A DNA stretch of 64,000 bases, taken from an uncultured Actinomycetota bacterium (GTDB lineage Bacteria; Actinomycetota; Actinomycetes; JACCUZ01). The stretch covers positions 89,523 to 153,522 of the forward strand of contig CAVSKC010000001.1 in assembly GCA_963728425.1 (NCBI GenBank), in the 5' to 3' direction. The notes below the pieces were generated by a model. The model made no database searches, was not told the origin of the DNA, and saw only the letters and a list, made by a program, of their open reading frames with translations. Below, one piece after another: positions 1-9,124 of this stretch. A program made the translations under genes and the position numbers. Numbering within the stretch: the first letter of the stretch is position 1; every line of letters begins with the position of its first letter.

Positions 1-571
1 GGACCGGAGGGATGGCCCCGGTGTTGACGTCCACCGACTCGGGCAGCTCGACCTGCACGGTCCCGCCCAGCTTGCCGCCCACCAGTTGCAGGCTGCGCCG
101 GGTGAACAGCGCCTCGGTGGCGGACCTCGGGCAGCGCCCGGCCGCGAGTGTCAGGTGCTCGCAGAGACCGGCGCGCTCGACCACCTGGCCGTCCACCTCG
201 GAACCCTTGAAGGCCCCGGCGGCCGGCGTGTACTTCCCGCGGCCGGTGTAGGCCAGCCGGGGTGTCCCGAAGGCCGGGTTGGTCAGGTGTTGGTTCGCCA
301 CCTGCACCGCGAAGTTGCCGTCGGAGGCCGGGCCCAGGCCCACCTGGGACCCGCCCTGCGGCACCGAGACCTGGACCGCAAGCGTGGACGCGTCGGCCCG
401 GGCCAGGGTGTCCCGGACGATCGACTCCTCGGCCGCGCGCGAGTACAGCGGCGCGACTACCGATGCCGCGCTGGCCACCGTGGCGAGGACCAGCACGATC
501 AGGGCGGTGCTGCGCCGGAACCAGAGCCCGGCCAGCGCGAGCCGCAGCGAGGTGGCCCAGCCCGCCCTCAT
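1..571 (-). CDS. FtsX-like ABC permease, N-terminal part only (gene runs off the window); paralog of the adjacent permease
   Basis: Reverse-complement translation from the ATG at 571-569 gives MRAGWATSLRLALAGLWFRRSTALIVLVLATVASAAS..., which parallels the N-terminus of the 568..3741 protein. Its start overlaps the upstream stop (ATGA). Not in the ORF track because there is no stop within the window. Confidence 0.5.
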   Translation of the reverse strand, partial: MRAGWATSLRLALAGLWFRRSTALIVLVLATVASAASVVAPLYSRAAEESIVRDTLARADASTLAVQVSVPQGGSQVGLGPASDGNFAVQVANQHLTNPAFGTPRLAYTGRGKYTPAAGAFKGSEVDGQVVERAGLCEHLTLAAGRCPRSATEALFTRRSLQLVGGKLGGTVQVELPESVDVNTGAIPPV

Positions 572-3500
572 CGGCCCTCCTGCAGCCGGGCCGGGACGGC
601 CGCGTGAGCCAGGGCCCGACCGACCGCGACCGACACCGTGCAGAGCAGCAGCAGGCAGCCGAGGGCGGTGACAGCGACCGCCGACCAGGCTGGGCTGAGA
701 TCGAGCGGGAGAGCCCTGTTCGGGGTAGCGAACAGTGGGATGTCGGGCAGCGCGGCCTGCGCGGCGACCAGGCCCAGTGCGGTGCCGGCGAGCACGCCGA
801 GCACGGCGACGACGAGGTGCTCACGCACCGACGCCTCCCGCACGGTCCGGGCGGGGACGCCGACCAGCCGCAGCCCGGCGAGGTCGCGGGCCCGGCTGGC
901 GCCCGAGGTGGCGACGCCGACCACAAGGGTCGCGCCGGCGAGCAGCACGGAGACCAGCCCGGCCAGCAGTGACAGCCGCAGCGCGAGCGACGGGCCCTCG
1001 CTCTCGAACGCGACCGCGTGGGCGCCGGTCGTGTCGCGGGCGGTGACACGCAGGCCGTGGGCGGCGAGTTGGCGGCGCAGGGTCCGCTCCCGGGCTGGGT
1101 CGTCGCTGGCCAGCCACACGTCGTACGACGTGGTGCCCGCCCCGGCGACCGGGCCGGTGGCGACTCCGGCCAGGTCGACGAGCAGGGCGCGGGTGCCGGC
1201 CCGGGGTATCTGCGGGACCGTGCCGACCACCTGGAAGACGACCTGGCCGCCTAGGAGGTCCGGCCCGACGACCGCGCCGAGCGGTGCGCTGCCGTTGGTG
1301 GACAGCGGCTTGGGCAGGTTGCCGGCGGTGATGGCGTTCGCAAGGGTCGGCCGGTCGGCGCGCTGCACGGTGAGCGGCGGCCCATAGGAGTTCCCGCCGA
1401 ACACCAGGGCGGGGCCTTGGACCACCGAGGCGTCACCGGACGCGTCGCCGGGCAGTGGCAGCGGCTGCCACGCGTCGGAGGTCGTGGCGTCGAGATCGAC
1501 TGGCATGAGGTCGGTCCCGGTGCCGGCCGACAGGTCAGACATGACGACCTTGACGCTGGCGTCGGCGAAGTCGCCGAACGTGCGGGCGACGGTCACGGTG
1601 CGCAGGCGGCAGCCCTCGCTGCACGGGACCGCGGCCCGGTAGGTGGCCAGGCCCGAACGGGTCACGCCCAGCGACACGGGGTGGACCAGCCCGTCCTGGG
1701 TCTCGACCCCCAGCACCAGCCGGATCGGTGCGAGCTCGGGTATCGGATCACGACTGAACCTCGGGATGCCTTGGGCCGTGACCCTCGCATGCACCTCGAC
1801 CCGGTCGCCGGTGAGCCGGACCGGGGCGACCGGCGGCGGCCTGAGCTGGGCCAGGTCGTCCGGCTTGGGGACGCCGGCGGCGCCGGCCCACCGGGCGATG
1901 CGGGCGAAGGCGTCCGGCTCGACCGCGGTGGTGCGCGGGCCGGCCGCTGTGACCGACGACACCGTGACGACCGGTGTCGCGAACCGACCCTTCGGGTCGA
2001 GGTCGAGGACGGCGTCGCGCAGCGCGTTCGGGCTGGTGGCGTCCACGCCGAGCACGACCGGTGCGCCGGCCTCGACCTCGGCCCGGGCGGTCCGGTTGCG
2101 CCCGGCCACGGTCCAGGCGTCCACCGCGAAGACCAGCAGCGCGCAGGCCACCGTGATGATGGCGATCAGCCGGCGCAGTGCCGGCCGGCGGGAGATCTGC
2201 AAGCCGGCGAGCGCCCATGGCAGCCGGCCGCGCCGGAGCGCCAGGCGGGCGAGCGGCCCGGCCGTCGGGATGGTCGCCTGCGCGAGGAGCAGGCCGCCGG
2301 CGATGGCCAGCAGGCCGGGTGCGAGCAGGGCGATCGGCCCGCCGTCGCCGGTCAGCAGGGTGACCACGCCGGCCGCGGCGGCCGCCACCACGGCGCCCTC
2401 GACCAGCCCGACCTGCAGCGTCGACGCCCGTGGCGGCACCCGGCGCAGCAGCGATGTGAGCGGCTGGCGGAGCGTGGGTGTGCCGGCGGCGAGGATGGCG
2501 AGCAGCCCCGCGACCAGCGAGGCCAGGACCGCGCCGCCCACTGGCCAGCGGGCCTCCACCGTTACCAATGGCTGCAGCCAGAGCTCGGTGCTGACCACGG
2601 CGGTCAGCCAGCCCAGGCCGGTGCCGATCACGGCCCCGGCGAACACGAGCACCCCGAGCTCGCGCAGCAGCATCACCGCGGCCCCGCGGCTGCCGTGGCC
2701 GCGCAGACGGGCCAGCGCGATCTCGGGTCGCCGCTGCTCGGTGGCCGCGGCACAGACGAACGCCAGCACCACGATGCCGAGCACGGCGAGCTGCACCGCC
2801 AGCAGCGGGATGACGCTGCGCGACTGCTCCCGCTGCTCGATGGTCGAGTCGAGCAGCGGGCCGATCGAGCTTGCCGCCGAGCCGCCGACCGTGCCGGCCC
2901 GCTCGTCGACGGCCGCCGTGGCCGCGCGCACGGTCGGCAGGCCTTGCAGGTCGATCCGGTCCGCCAGCAGGGGGATGTCCAGGTGGGTGGTCAGGTCAGG
3001 CCATGGCTGCGCGGCCAGAGTCGCCCACACCGTGAACACGTCGTCGACGGCCACCGTGCTCTGCTCCTCGGGCGCGGCCCGGGCGACTGCGGGCGGCGCC
3101 CCGCGCCCGGCCCAGTACCGCCCGGCGGTATCGGCCAGGTCGTAGACACCGACCACGGTGGCGGGCGCCGAGATCCGGCTCCCGTCGGCCTCGGCAGCCC
3201 CGCGCAGGGTGACCGCGGTGCCTGGGCGCAGCCCGACGGTCGCCGCGGTCCGGCCGCTGACGAGCAGCTCACCTTCCGTCCGGGGGCAGCGGCCGGCGCT
3301 GACGGTGATGTGCCGGCAGAGGCCGTCCCGGCTGGTCAACAGGGTCCGCACCGGATCGCCGGCACCGGCCGGGTCCAGCTGCAGCGGCGCCTCGGCACCA
3401 CCGATGGGTGCGCCGAACTGCGGCGGCACAGCCCCGCGGACGGTGCGGGCCAGCTCGACCGGGGAGGCGGGCGGGTCGGCCCGGTCGGTGACGACCAGGG

Positions 3501-3741
3501 TGCTGCTGGCGGGTGGTGCGTCGTCGACGACGTTGCGCACCACCGACTGCTCGACGGCGCGGGCGTACAGCGGACCGAGGGCGGCAGCGCCGGTGACCAC
3601 CGCGGCGAGGACCACGACGAGCACGGCTTGCCGCGGCCGGTGCCGCAGAGCGGCCACGGTCACCGACCCTGCCGCCATGTGCGAGAGCCTCCTCGAGTCC
3701 GCGTGACGCCCCGGGTCGGGCGTGCGCGGCCCGGTGAGCAA
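568..3741 (-). CDS. Large (about 1050 aa) FtsX-like / MacB-type ABC transporter permease with two permease modules
   Basis: 1057-aa ORF with a repeated arrangement of an N-terminal TM helix, a large extracytoplasmic domain and a C-terminal multi-TM block, typical of duplicated FtsX permeases. The true start may be the internal MAAGSVTV methionine. Confidence 0.7.
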   Translation of the reverse strand: MLTGPRTPDPGRHADSRRLSHMAAGSVTVAALRHRPRQAVLVVVLAAVVTGAAALGPLYARAVEQSVVRNVVDDAPPASSTLVVTDRADPPASPVELARTVRGAVPPQFGAPIGGAEAPLQLDPAGAGDPVRTLLTSRDGLCRHITVSAGRCPRTEGELLVSGRTAATVGLRPGTAVTLRGAAEADGSRISAPATVVGVYDLADTAGRYWAGRGAPPAVARAAPEEQSTVAVDDVFTVWATLAAQPWPDLTTHLDIPLLADRIDLQGLPTVRAATAAVDERAGTVGGSAASSIGPLLDSTIEQREQSRSVIPLLAVQLAVLGIVVLAFVCAAATEQRRPEIALARLRGHGSRGAAVMLLRELGVLVFAGAVIGTGLGWLTAVVSTELWLQPLVTVEARWPVGGAVLASLVAGLLAILAAGTPTLRQPLTSLLRRVPPRASTLQVGLVEGAVVAAAAAGVVTLLTGDGGPIALLAPGLLAIAGGLLLAQATIPTAGPLARLALRRGRLPWALAGLQISRRPALRRLIAIITVACALLVFAVDAWTVAGRNRTARAEVEAGAPVVLGVDATSPNALRDAVLDLDPKGRFATPVVTVSSVTAAGPRTTAVEPDAFARIARWAGAAGVPKPDDLAQLRPPPVAPVRLTGDRVEVHARVTAQGIPRFSRDPIPELAPIRLVLGVETQDGLVHPVSLGVTRSGLATYRAAVPCSEGCRLRTVTVARTFGDFADASVKVVMSDLSAGTGTDLMPVDLDATTSDAWQPLPLPGDASGDASVVQGPALVFGGNSYGPPLTVQRADRPTLANAITAGNLPKPLSTNGSAPLGAVVGPDLLGGQVVFQVVGTVPQIPRAGTRALLVDLAGVATGPVAGAGTTSYDVWLASDDPARERTLRRQLAAHGLRVTARDTTGAHAVAFESEGPSLALRLSLLAGLVSVLLAGATLVVGVATSGASRARDLAGLRLVGVPARTVREASVREHLVVAVLGVLAGTALGLVAAQAALPDIPLFATPNRALPLDLSPAWSAVAVTALGCLLLLCTVSVAVGRALAHAAVPARLQEGR

Positions 3742-3856
3742 GTGCGGGGCCCAACCTGCCGCAGTGCCGCAGGCCCTGCCGAGCCCCGCGCCCTGATCGT
3801 GACGGAATCGTTGCCGCCAAGATCGTCGGCGTCACACAGGAAACGAGGGCTGGGGG

Positions 3857-4150
3857 TCAGCGACCCGCGAAGCTCCCGGCAATCCGGCGCTCGGCCTCGT
3901 CGTAGGACTGCCCGGCCTGCGAGAGGAGCTGGCTGATTCCGGCCAGGGCCTGCTGGAGGCCCTGCGCACTGCGGTTCCACTCGTCGTACAGGGCCTGGAA
4001 CCGGTCCTGGGCCTGCCCGGTCCAGGTGCCGCTGATAGGCAGGACCCGGCTGCGCAGGCCGCCGAGCTCGGACTCGATCGAGCCGGCCGTGCCGTGCACC
4101 TGCTGCGACAGGCTCATCAGCTCGGCGGGGGTGACGCGGAACGCGGTCAT
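3857..4150 (-). CDS. WXG100 family protein (ESAT-6/CFP-10-like type VII secretion substrate), 97 aa
   Basis: Translation MTAFRVTPAELMSLSQQVHGTAGSIESELGGLRSRVLPISGTWTGQAQDRFQALYDEWNRSAQGLQQALAGISQLLSQAGQSYDEAE has a central W-x-G, coiled-coil heptads and an YxxxE tail. GGAGGT lies 4 nt upstream of the ATG at 4150. The ORF-track entry 3857..4531 is over-extended. Confidence 0.8.
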   Translation of the reverse strand: MTAFRVTPAELMSLSQQVHGTAGSIESELGGLRSRVLPISGTWTGQAQDRFQALYDEWNRSAQGLQQALAGISQLLSQAGQSYDEAERRIAGSFAGR

Positions 4151-4555
4151 GCTGACCTCCATCGGGGTGTCGTCTGCTGTCCCGACGAACCTATGAAAGT
4201 CCGCGTCGGCCGCCGCCGAGTTGTCCACAGCCTCTGCTTTCGACCACGTAAAGCACGCGCGCACCCGCTTCGCTGGGCGTGCACACGTGGCGAAGCGGGC
4301 GTGGGCGTGGCGAGGCGGGCGTCCACAGATGCGCGGACGTTTCCGCGGAAAGGTCTCTTGCACTGGATCGTGCAATCGCCACGGGCGCGTCGTACTGGTT
4401 CCTGGTGCGGATTGCGGCGACGACCGATGTCGCACGTCAGTGGTGCCGCCACGAAGGAGTGACGAGGTCGGACCGGTCTGCCGCCCGCGTGACGCAGGTC
4501 GGCAATTGACGCATCTCCTCCATGACGGCACCGCGCAGTCGGTGGGGCCCTGAGG

Positions 4556-5134
4556 TCAGGGTGTCCAGGCGGGGTCGCGGCCAGCGAAGCCGAGCGCCCG
4601 GTCGAACACCGGCGCGTCGTCGGCGACCGGGACGACCGGGCCGAACAGCCCGGTGCGCATCGCTGCCTGGTCGGGCTGGGCCGAGCGCTCGGTGAACCCG
4701 TGCACGGCTTCGGCGTTGGCAGGGTCGCAGCGGAACTCCTGGCCGGTCGCCCGGGCCAGGTCCCAGCCGTGCAGCACGACCTCGTCCAGTGCCACCACGC
4801 CCGCCACCTCGCCGGGCAACGTGACGCCCCCCGCCTCGGTCATGCCCTCCCAGGCCGACGGCTTGCTCCAGGCGTCGGCCAGCGCGTCCAGCCGGCCGGG
4901 CAGCACCGACCGCCAGTTCGGGTCGAGGTTTTCCCCGGAGGACGTTGGGGGCCCGCTGGCCTCTGGCGGGGTCGACTTCTCGGCCGCCCAGGTGAAGGCC
5001 ATCGTGAGCCCCATCAGGTGGTCGAGCAGGGTGGCGACGTCGCAGTCCGACGGGCTGGGAGCCGACAGCTGGTCGTCGGTGACGCCCTCGAGCAGGCGGG
5101 CGACCTCTCGGGTCGCGGGGTGGAGGTCGAGCAC
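4556..5134 (-). CDS. TIGR03086-like DinB/MDMPI-superfamily metal-binding protein
   Basis: N-terminal ...DDQLSAPSPSDCDVATLLDHLMG... resembles the mycothiol-dependent maleylpyruvate isomerase N-terminal domain family; 192 aa. Confidence 0.55.
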   Translation of the reverse strand: MLDLHPATREVARLLEGVTDDQLSAPSPSDCDVATLLDHLMGLTMAFTWAAEKSTPPEASGPPTSSGENLDPNWRSVLPGRLDALADAWSKPSAWEGMTEAGGVTLPGEVAGVVALDEVVLHGWDLARATGQEFRCDPANAEAVHGFTERSAQPDQAAMRTGLFGPVVPVADDAPVFDRALGFAGRDPAWTP

Positions 5135-5202
5135 GGGCGCTCCTCTGGTCGGGCTGGGTCCGTCAGGGGTGCTGACCGGCGTAACGACCGAAAATCATCG
5201 GA

Positions 5203-5571
5203 TCAAACCCGGTGCAGCGCCCCGACCGGCGCGACAACCACGCCGCCCGCCTCGCAGACCCAATGCGGGTCCTCGCCCAGGTCGGGCGCGACGCGCAGCT
5301 CGTGCGGGGACGGCTCGTCCTCGTCCGGGTCGTGCACCACCGGGCACAGCGGCCACCGGCCGACCTGGTCGAGCAGCGCCTCCTGGACGTCCTGCGCGAC
5401 CAGGCAGGTGACGAACGCCGCGCCGTCGGGCCACTCGTCGACCCACCACTGCCGGGCCGTGACGACCTCATCGACGACCGAGACCACCGCCGCATTGTCG
5501 AGCCCGCGCGCCGCGAGGTCGTGCAGCACCCGGGCGCGCGCCTCGAACAGGACGTCGGTCACGGGCACCAT
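5203..5571 (-). CDS. hypothetical acidic protein (122 aa)
   Basis: C-terminal in-frame part of the long spurious ORF 5203..7101. Ordinary amino-acid composition, divergent from the DUF4031 gene. No recognisable domain. Confidence 0.4.
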   Translation of the reverse strand: MVPVTDVLFEARARVLHDLAARGLDNAAVVSVVDEVVTARQWWVDEWPDGAAFVTCLVAQDVQEALLDQVGRWPLCPVVHDPDEDEPSPHELRVAPDLGEDPHWVCEAGGVVVAPVGALHRV

Positions 5572-5595
5572 TGTCCGCTGCGACACCATGCAGGG

Positions 5596-5856
5596 ATGGC
5601 GATCCTGGTCGATACGCCCATCTGGCCGTTCCGTGGCCGGCTCTGGTGCCACCTGGTCAGCGACACGTCGTACGACGAGCTGCACGTGCTGGCCGAGGCG
5701 CTGGGCATCCCGCGGCGCGGCTTCCAGGGCGACCACTACGACCTGCCCGCGGAGATGCGGGACGCGGCGATCGCCCTCGGGGCGCATCCCGTCAGCGGCC
5801 GGGAGCTGATCACCCGGCTGCGCGCCTCCGGCCTGCGCCGCCCGCACCGCCACTGA
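5596..5856 (+). CDS. DUF4031 domain protein (86 aa)
   Basis: MAILVDTPIWPFRGRLWCHLVSDTSYDELHVLAEALGIPRRGFQGDHYDLPAEMRDAAIALGAHPVSGRELITRL matches the DUF4031 signature (W..HL.SD.S.DELH.FA..LG.P.R.F..DHYD.P). Confidence 0.6.
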   Translation: MAILVDTPIWPFRGRLWCHLVSDTSYDELHVLAEALGIPRRGFQGDHYDLPAEMRDAAIALGAHPVSGRELITRLRASGLRRPHRH

Positions 5857-5892
5857 CGGGCGCGGATCGCTCGGTCGTGCCAGGCTGCGGGC

Positions 5893-7104
5893 GTGGATCT
5901 CGTACGCCGGCTGGTCGTCCGCCCGACCGACGACTCGCACCGCGTCACGACCCTCGAGCTGTTCTTCGACCTGGTCTTCGTCTTCGCGCTGACCCAGGTC
6001 ACCGCGCTGATGGCCGAAGACCCGACGGTGCGCGGCCTCGGTCGCGGGCTGGTGCTGCTGGCCCTGCTGTGGTTCGGCTGGTCGTCGTACGCGTGGCTGG
6101 GCAACCAGGCGCGGGCCGACGAGGGTCTGCTGCGGGTGGCGATGATCGCCGCGATGGGCGCGCTGTTCGTCGTCGCCCTGGCGATCCCCGAGTCGTACGA
6201 CGACAAGCCCGGTGGCCTGTTCGCGCCGTTCGTGCTCGCCGCCTGCTACGCCACGGTGCGGATCGCGCACCTGGTGGTGTACCTCGTGGCGGCCGGCGAC
6301 GACCGCGAGCTTCGGCGCCAGCTGCTCGTCACCGCCGTCCCGACGACGGTGGCCCTGCTGCTGCTCGTCGCGGGCGGTGCGGCGGGCCCGCCGTGGCAGT
6401 CGGTGCTGTGGGTGCTGGCCCTCGTCGTGGACTACGTCGGCGTCTTCGCCGGCGGCACCCAGGGCTGGCGGGTCTACAGCGCGGCGCACTTCGCCGAACG
6501 ACACGGGCTCATCATCATCGTCGCCCTCGGTGAGTCGGTCGTGGCCGTCGGCGCGGGGATCGCAGCGGAGCCGGTGACCGCTGCCGTCGTGCTCGCCGCA
6601 CTGCTCGGCCTCGGCGTCTCGGTCGCCCTGTGGTGGGTCTACTTCGACGTTGTCGCGCTGGTCGCCGAACGTGTCCTGTCCAGGCTCGACGGCGAGCCGC
6701 GCAGCCGGCTGGCCCGCGACTCGTTCACCTACCTGCACTTCCCGATGCTGGTCGGCATCGTCTACCTGGCGCTCGGCATGAAGAAGGTCCTCACGTACGT
6801 CGCCGACCCGGAGCACCACGACCTCGGCGACGCGCTGCCCTGGGTGCCGCTCGTGGCGCTGTTCGGCGGAGCCGTGCTCTACCTCGTCGCGCTGTCCGCG
6901 CTGCGCCGGCGCAACATCGGCGGCTGGAACGTGCAGCGCCTCGTAGCCGCCGCGGTGCTGCTGCTCCTGCTGCCCGTCGGGGCGCAGCTCCCTGCGGTCG
7001 CGGCGCTCGGGGTGCTCCTCGCGGTGCTGGCCGGACTGATCGGCTACGAGGCCGTAGTGCTCGCCACCGAGCGCGACCGGGTCCGGCACGCCGGCCCGCA
7101 CTGA
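5893..7104 (+). CDS. ltrA: Low-temperature-requirement A (LtrA)-like integral membrane protein
   Basis: N-terminal LELFFDLVFVFALTQV motif and about 10 predicted TM helices; 403 aa; GTG start. Confidence 0.7.
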   Translation: MDLVRRLVVRPTDDSHRVTTLELFFDLVFVFALTQVTALMAEDPTVRGLGRGLVLLALLWFGWSSYAWLGNQARADEGLLRVAMIAAMGALFVVALAIPESYDDKPGGLFAPFVLAACYATVRIAHLVVYLVAAGDDRELRRQLLVTAVPTTVALLLLVAGGAAGPPWQSVLWVLALVVDYVGVFAGGTQGWRVYSAAHFAERHGLIIIVALGESVVAVGAGIAAEPVTAAVVLAALLGLGVSVALWWVYFDVVALVAERVLSRLDGEPRSRLARDSFTYLHFPMLVGIVYLALGMKKVLTYVADPEHHDLGDALPWVPLVALFGGAVLYLVALSALRRRNIGGWNVQRLVAAAVLLLLLPVGAQLPAVAALGVLLAVLAGLIGYEAVVLATERDRVRHAGPH

Positions 7105-8121
7105 GCCTCGGTATCCGGCACGCTCCCCGCTACGTGCTCGTCGTGCTCGTGGCCACCCACCACGCCGCGATCTGTGCCCGGGATCGGACTCCCAGCCTGA
7201 CGCGGATTCGTTCCACGTGACCTTCGGCCGACCGTTCGCTGATCACCAAGCCGTTCACCGATCTCGCGGTTCGTCAGGCCGTCGGTCACCAATGCCGCGA
7301 CCTGTCGCTGCCGGCCGGTCAGCTGCATCGAGGGTCGGGGGCGAAGGCTTGGCAGGCCGAGGAACTGTCCTGATGGTCATGAGCAGCGTGTCGACATCGC
7401 CGATGTACGGCAGGTGCGAGCGTCCGGGAAGGACGGTGAGCTGGGCTCCGGGGATCGAGGCGGCGATCAACCGCGACTGCTCGACCGGCGCGGCCCGGTC
7501 ATGCTCCCGGTGCACGACCAGGGTGGGGGTGCGCACGCGCGGCAGCGAGTCGGTGACGTCGATGAGATAGCAGAGCCCGAGCAGGCCGGCGGCAGTCGCC
7601 GCAGACGATGCTTGCCGTTGATAGTCGGCGAACGCGGCCCGCATGCCTGCCGACGCATCGGGGGCAAAGATGTCGGTGATCACGTCGGAACCAAGGCCCC
7701 AGTGGCTGGCGACAAGCCCGACGACGTGCTCGCGCACCGCTGCCGGTGCGATGTCGGATCCGCGCGCCCATCCGCCGTAGAGCACCAGCCGGTCGACGGT
7801 TTCGGGATGCCGGGCCACCCACTCGATCGCCACGGGGACGCCGAGCGAGCTGCCGATCACGTCGAGACGCGTGACGCCGGCAGCAGCGACGACCGCCTCG
7901 ATCGTGTCGATCTCGTCGTCGAGCGACCAGTCAAGATGTGACGGTCGTTCGGACAGCCCGCACCCCGGGCGGTCGTACCGGATCAAGGTGCGTCCGTGAG
8001 CGAGGACTTCGCACAGGTGGCGTTCCGGCGGCAGCGCCCAGCTGAGCTCGAGGTGGCTGAGCCAGCCGCCGATGAGCAGCAACGGCGGACCGGCACCTGC
8101 CGTCGCGTAAACCACCTTCAT
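7044..8121 (-). pseudogene. alpha/beta-hydrolase domain followed by a LuxR-type HTH, disrupted by two frame changes
   Basis: Hydrolase frame MKVVYATAGAGPPLLLIGGWLSHLELSW...HLPYIGD ends at 7255. The LuxR HTH is split between two other frames: LTGRQRQVAALVTDGLTNREIGERL, then a -1 shift, then ISERSAEGHVERIRVRLGVRSRAQIAAW. Confidence 0.5.
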
Positions 8122-8361
8122 GCCACCTGCAAGGTGGGTCGAGCTCAGCTGCTGCTCCAACCGACCATCCCCTTCTCTCGACGTACGTCGCGGGGACAGC
8201 CTCCTGCAGTCGGACCCGTCGCGCCACCGGTCTGCTCTTCGTCTGGCGGTGCGAACTGGGGTAGTTCTACGCCTGACACCAAGGGCGGCCCGGGCGACGA
8301 TTGCCGGTCGGCAGCGATGGCGAGGAGGCAAGGGTGAGTACGACATCGAGTCGGGCGCAGG

Positions 8362-9107
8362 GTGTCCTCTGCAGTCGCCGCGGCCTACGCGGGCGTGGCC
8401 TACCTGGCATTCCTGGTGGCGCTCCTCTATGCGTGTTCTTCCTAGCGGGCGTGCTCGTGCCGCGCACCGTCGACGGCGGCGGACCCGCCTCCGGCACCGC
8501 CGCGGCGGTCGTGATCGACGTGCTGCTCCTCGCATTGTTCGCCGTCCAGCACAGCGTCATGGCCCGTCCGGCGGTCAAGCTTCGGCTGACGAAGATCGTG
8601 CCGAAGCACCTCGAGCGCTCGACGTACGTCCTCGCGACGGCCGGTGTCCTGGCGCTGGTGTTCTGGCAGTGGCGGCCCATCCCAACCGCGCTCTGGCGGG
8701 TCGACGACCGGCTGCCCAAGCCGTGCTGTGGGCGCTGTTCGCCGCCGGCTGGACGTTACGTCATCGCGATGACGTTCGCGATCGACCACTGCGACATGTT
8801 CGGGCTACGTCAGGTCGCCCGACGCATCCGTGGGCTGGGCGAGAGCGCGCCGGGATTTAGCCTTCCGTGGCCGCACCGGCTCGTTCGCCATCCGATGATG
8901 CTGGGCTTCTTCCCGGCGTTCCTTGCCACGCCGACCATGACCGCCAGCCACCTGCTGTTCGCGATCCTCGGCTGCGGCTACATCCTCGTCGGCGTCCGGC
9001 TCGAGGAACGCGACCTCGTGAAGGCGTTCCCGCAATACTGCGCCTACGCCGCGGCCACGCCCAGGTTCGTCCCTCGACCTACCGCGTTGCGTCGCCGCGC
9101 GGGGTGA
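8362..9107 (+). pseudogene. NnrU/MddA-like membrane methyltransferase family protein (ICMT/PEMT superfamily) with three apparent frameshifts
   Basis: Segments ...AYAGVAYLAFLVALLYA | FFLAGVLVPRTVDGGGP...FAVQHSVMARPAVK... | AVLWALFAAGWTL | VIAMTFAIDHCDMFGLRQV...RLVRHPMMLGFF...LEERDL lie in alternating frames. Confidence 0.5.
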
Positions 9108-9124
9108 CCGTGGCGGGCGATCAG

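Noticed and set aside
1417-3936. 839-aa plus-strand ORF antisense to the FtsX permease gene. Similar long ORFs occur at 5203..7101, 11082..12779, 13175..14926, 19708..22194, 24949..27570, 28617..31652, 37738..39747, 40224..43346, 43376..45793, 45924..47729, 47684..49786 and 51722..54355.
   Set aside because: Arg/Gly/Pro/Ala-rich low-complexity translations with no motifs. They lie opposite genes with clear family signatures. These are typical stop-poor shadow ORFs of 70% GC DNA.
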